From contig NW_025214684.1 of the NCBI RefSeq assembly GCF_004010195.1, positions 1-38,147 on the forward strand: a stretch of 38,147 nucleotides of DNA. The letters are read 5' to 3'. How positions within the stretch are numbered: the first letter of the stretch is position 1; every line of letters starts with the position of its first letter. This stretch comes from Chiloscyllium plagiosum. Taxonomy: Eukaryota. Shown here piece by piece: positions 35,491 through 38,147 of the stretch. A model generated the notes under the pieces. It ran no database searches. It was not told where the DNA came from and saw only the letters and a program-made list of their open reading frames with translations. The translations under genes and the position numbers were made by a program.

Positions 35491-37059
35491 ACCATATGTA
35501 TCCTGCTCCATCTGGTTTTGAGTCACCAAAAAGATGCTAATCCAAGCATAGCATTGTTTTTGGTATTCCAATGTCTACTTGAAAAATACTTGTATTATAG
35601 TCGATTTCATACACTAAATATTTCTATAATGTAAAAGCTAGGTATAGTGTTTTAAATTCAGAACTTAAATTTTATGCTGTCACTGCAAACACAGCATGTA
35701 TGCAGTAATGATAGAACCTCCTCTGTAATTTTTAAGGTATGCAATAATATATCCCTCAGTGCACGTACATTTGAAAAGCATACAATGCTAATCCAGAAAG
35801 GTGTTTGAAAACTGTGAATGCCTATGTGACAGTGAAATTAGTTAGTGTATTTTTTAAGTGTACTCCAATGTAGAAAGTGGGATATGGATTGTTAAGCAAC
35901 ATTTTTGTGCAGACGACAAGCACTCCTCATGCTTTGTTTTTGACTGTTTTTCGAGTCTGGCCAGCAACTTATAATCAACCTTTTGCTTCTGTCCTGCTCT
36001 GGGCAAAACATGTTTCGAGCACTTGATTAACTGCAAAGTAGCCTAATTTACTTCAAAACAATGCCAGATCATTGTTTTCATCAAGAAATTGTCCAGTGCT
36101 ACAGTCACGATTCACTCCAAGTCTCATTGATACCCCATGTGATGACCAACAAAGATTTTCCAGTGGGTGATTTTTAAATTTACTGTTGATGCTTTGAATT
36201 TGGCTTGTTTTAGGGTTTCTTTTAGTATCTTATGTAGAAGGACAAACATCTTCTCGCAAATGAATAAATGTTACTGATAAAACTTTGTTTCCCATGGCCT
36301 AATGTATGCTGTTGGATATGAAGTTCAAAGATTTATTCCTCAGTTGGCTATAGGCTTATTTGGACTGGACAGACCTGCGCAAGTTTTGTCAAGGAAGGAT
36401 CAAATGTGTTTATGATTTATGATGTTGCAGGAGAATGAGTCGATCATCCTGGTGATTTTTGATGCTTGGTTTGTACAATGTACTGCATTATTTGTTTAGA
36501 AATATCCTGAATATACTTGTTTCAGGGCTGTTAAATATGAAATTGAAACCATGAAAAAGAACTTATTCCTAATACTTGGTAGTGGAGTTCTGACAGGCAG
36601 GTTATTCTTTGTTGAATGTAGTGATCGTATAATCTCAGCAGTCTGGAAATAAGGGTTTGCACATAGGTTGTGGCTTCAAAATTCTGCAGTTCTTCAGATA
36701 TCTGCCAACGTTTAGGTTTTTTTTTCACCTTCTTGTGAATATTTTTGTCTGCACTGACCTTGGGTTGAAAGAATCTGATGGCTGCATGTTCAATTAATCA
36801 TCAAGCAGCTTGGATTTGATGCTGTTGTACACAGGTGAAGCATTCAGTGGTTTTGGATCCAGCAAGATATCGTATTGAGGTAATATTTCAGCTTATTAAT
36901 GTAGCATGCTTATGAAATTTATATGAAACCTTTTCCACTTAAAAATAGCTTTTGCTGCATCCTGTGCATTGACGTATTCTCAGAGTAAAACATGCTAACA
37001 TGTATCTAGATGCATAAGATCATTCAATTCTCGCCAAATATTTAAACTGAATGTTGAAG

Positions 37060-37228
37060 CAAATTACTGCAGATGTTGGAATCTGAACTGAAAACAAAAA
37101 GTGCTGGAGGTCACAGCTCAGGCAGCATCCTTGAAGAGAAAGTCTAGGTGACTCTGAAGAAGAGTCATCTAGACTCGAAATGTCGTTTGCTTTCTGTAGG
37201 GTGATGCCCGACCCGCTGTGATCTCTAA
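37060..37228. mobile_element. Palindromic (inverted pLTR) Penelope-derived element
   Basis: The left arm (tactgcagatgttggaatctg...gctggaggtcacagc..tcaggcagcatcc...agtctaggtgactct) is the approximate reverse complement of the right arm (agagtcatctagact...tgcccgacccgctgtgatctc). The right arm matches 35401-35470. Confidence 0.75.
37150..37190 (+). ncRNA. Minimal type-I hammerhead ribozyme-like motif (Penelope-associated)
   Basis: CUGAAGA (37154-37160) + A + helix II GAGUC/AUCUA/GACUC (37162-37176) + GAAA (37177-37180) + UGUC. Core boxes are intact, but helices I and III are poorly supported in this copy. Confidence 0.5.
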
Positions 37229-38119
37229 ATGTTTAAACTGTTTCTGTTGCTAGACATTGGCTTTTTTTTGACAGTATCTAAAGATCATGAAGCAATACAT
37301 AATTCAAATTCTGTTTTGGTAAGTAACTAAGTCATAAATATTGCAATCAGTGCTCATATCAGAACTATATGCAGTGGTGCTAAGTTTGAGATGTATAGGA
37401 ATATCACTGTTCCTTCCAATGCCACCATTTTGCCCTCCATCCTCAGGAAAAAGCATCTGGATATGAGTATTTCTAATTTTTGGTAGCACTGGCAAATATT
37501 GGGGCATAGGTCAAATGCTGACCAAATTTTTTCATTAATGATTGGAAGGGAATGGCCAGATATTCAGTAGGTGTGATGGCTAGCATGTGCTTTAGATTAA
37601 TATCAATAGTGATTCAATTCAGCGGAGATAGACTTGTGATCTGTCTCTTTGCCTTGCTTTTGAGAGTGAAAGGCAACTGCAAGCCACCACTGGCAAAAAC
37701 TGCCAAGAGAAATGGGTCAGTATGAAGATTAGGAGCAACAGACCTGACTTTGGGCAGAGAACATATATGAATGAATTGATGGGGAAGACTGCAAGACATT
37801 TCTAAAGCTGAAGCAATTGTAATGACTTCAAAATAATTGCTGTCTTTGGACTAGCACTTCTTAATGCTTCAGACAAACCAGTGTACAGCAAGTCCATGTA
37901 CATTAAACATTTAGATGTTGGATATTTAGGTATCCTAACCCTGTCGTAGGATTGTTCACAAAGGTAGTGCTGCAGCCCTTTCCATACGTCTTTAGCTCCT
38001 GGTATGTGAAGGTGATTGACTAAGTTTAGTGGCTAACTAGGAATGTTATGCTGATAATTGAGTTATGCCATTCCAATTTCCTTTGTCTGGAAGTCAGTTA
38101 AACCCATAGTAATTCAGTT

Positions 38120-38147
38120 TTAGATTAGATTAGATTAGATTAGATTA
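38120..38147 (-). repeat. (TTAGA)n microsatellite, probably the tail of another CR1/HE1 insertion
   Basis: Perfect pentamer array running off the window end; same unit as 15207-15274. Confidence 0.85.

Larger units (their letters stand above)
36100..37600 (-). mobile_element. Probable very old RTE-like LINE remnant
   Basis: Weak colinear peptide traces on the minus strand (GGIG..ISNLA...ALIA near 37340-37430; RILK...TFNK...VLGI near 36560-36690). Family assignment uncertain. Confidence 0.3.
2611..38147 (+). other. MITF: MITF intron 1 (5' part; continues beyond the window)
   Basis: Begins GTCAGT. No sequence encoding exon 1B1b (MTSRILLRQQLMREQ) or the bHLH-LZ domain was recognised downstream. 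Repeat-rich and AT-rich. Confidence 0.8.

Noticed and set aside
38120..38147. (TTAGA)n at the window end as a telomere
   Set aside because: The vertebrate telomere repeat is TTAGGG; the same pentamer at 15207 is attached to a retroposon 3' end.

Overview
This is eukaryotic (vertebrate) genomic DNA, inferred to be from a shark or other elasmobranch because of its repeat content: HE1/V-SINEs, CR1 LINEs with (TCTAA)n tails, Deu- and Meta-domain SINEs and Penelope-derived elements. It contains one real protein-coding exon: exon 1A of MITF (2507-2610, + strand, MQSESGIVPDFEVGEEFHEEAKTFYELKSQPLSR, phase-2 donor CAG|GTCAGT). The exon sits in a CpG-island promoter with a CCAAT box and two oppositely oriented ZNF143/THAP11-type ACTACAACTCCC motifs. 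The remaining ~35.5 kb is the start of the long first intron; the next common exon (1B1b, MTSRILLRQQLMRE...) is not in the window. The intron carries decayed CR1, L2 and probable RTE LINEs, SINEs, a pogo/Tigger transposase fossil, a two-gene PIF/Harbinger fossil and several Penelope-derived elements with minimal hammerhead-ribozyme motifs. Almost all long ORFs in the supplied track are spurious or transposon remnants. I see no convincing wholly new biological system. The best leads are the intronic hammerhead motifs (one with an intact core on the MITF sense strand), a perfect 42-bp inverted repeat inside an otherwise decayed Harbinger element, a fusion of two 3'-truncated convergent CR1 copies, and conservation of the MITF-A N-terminal degron and promoter layout. 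Repeat boundaries were estimated by eye, and family names come from recalled motifs, not a database search.
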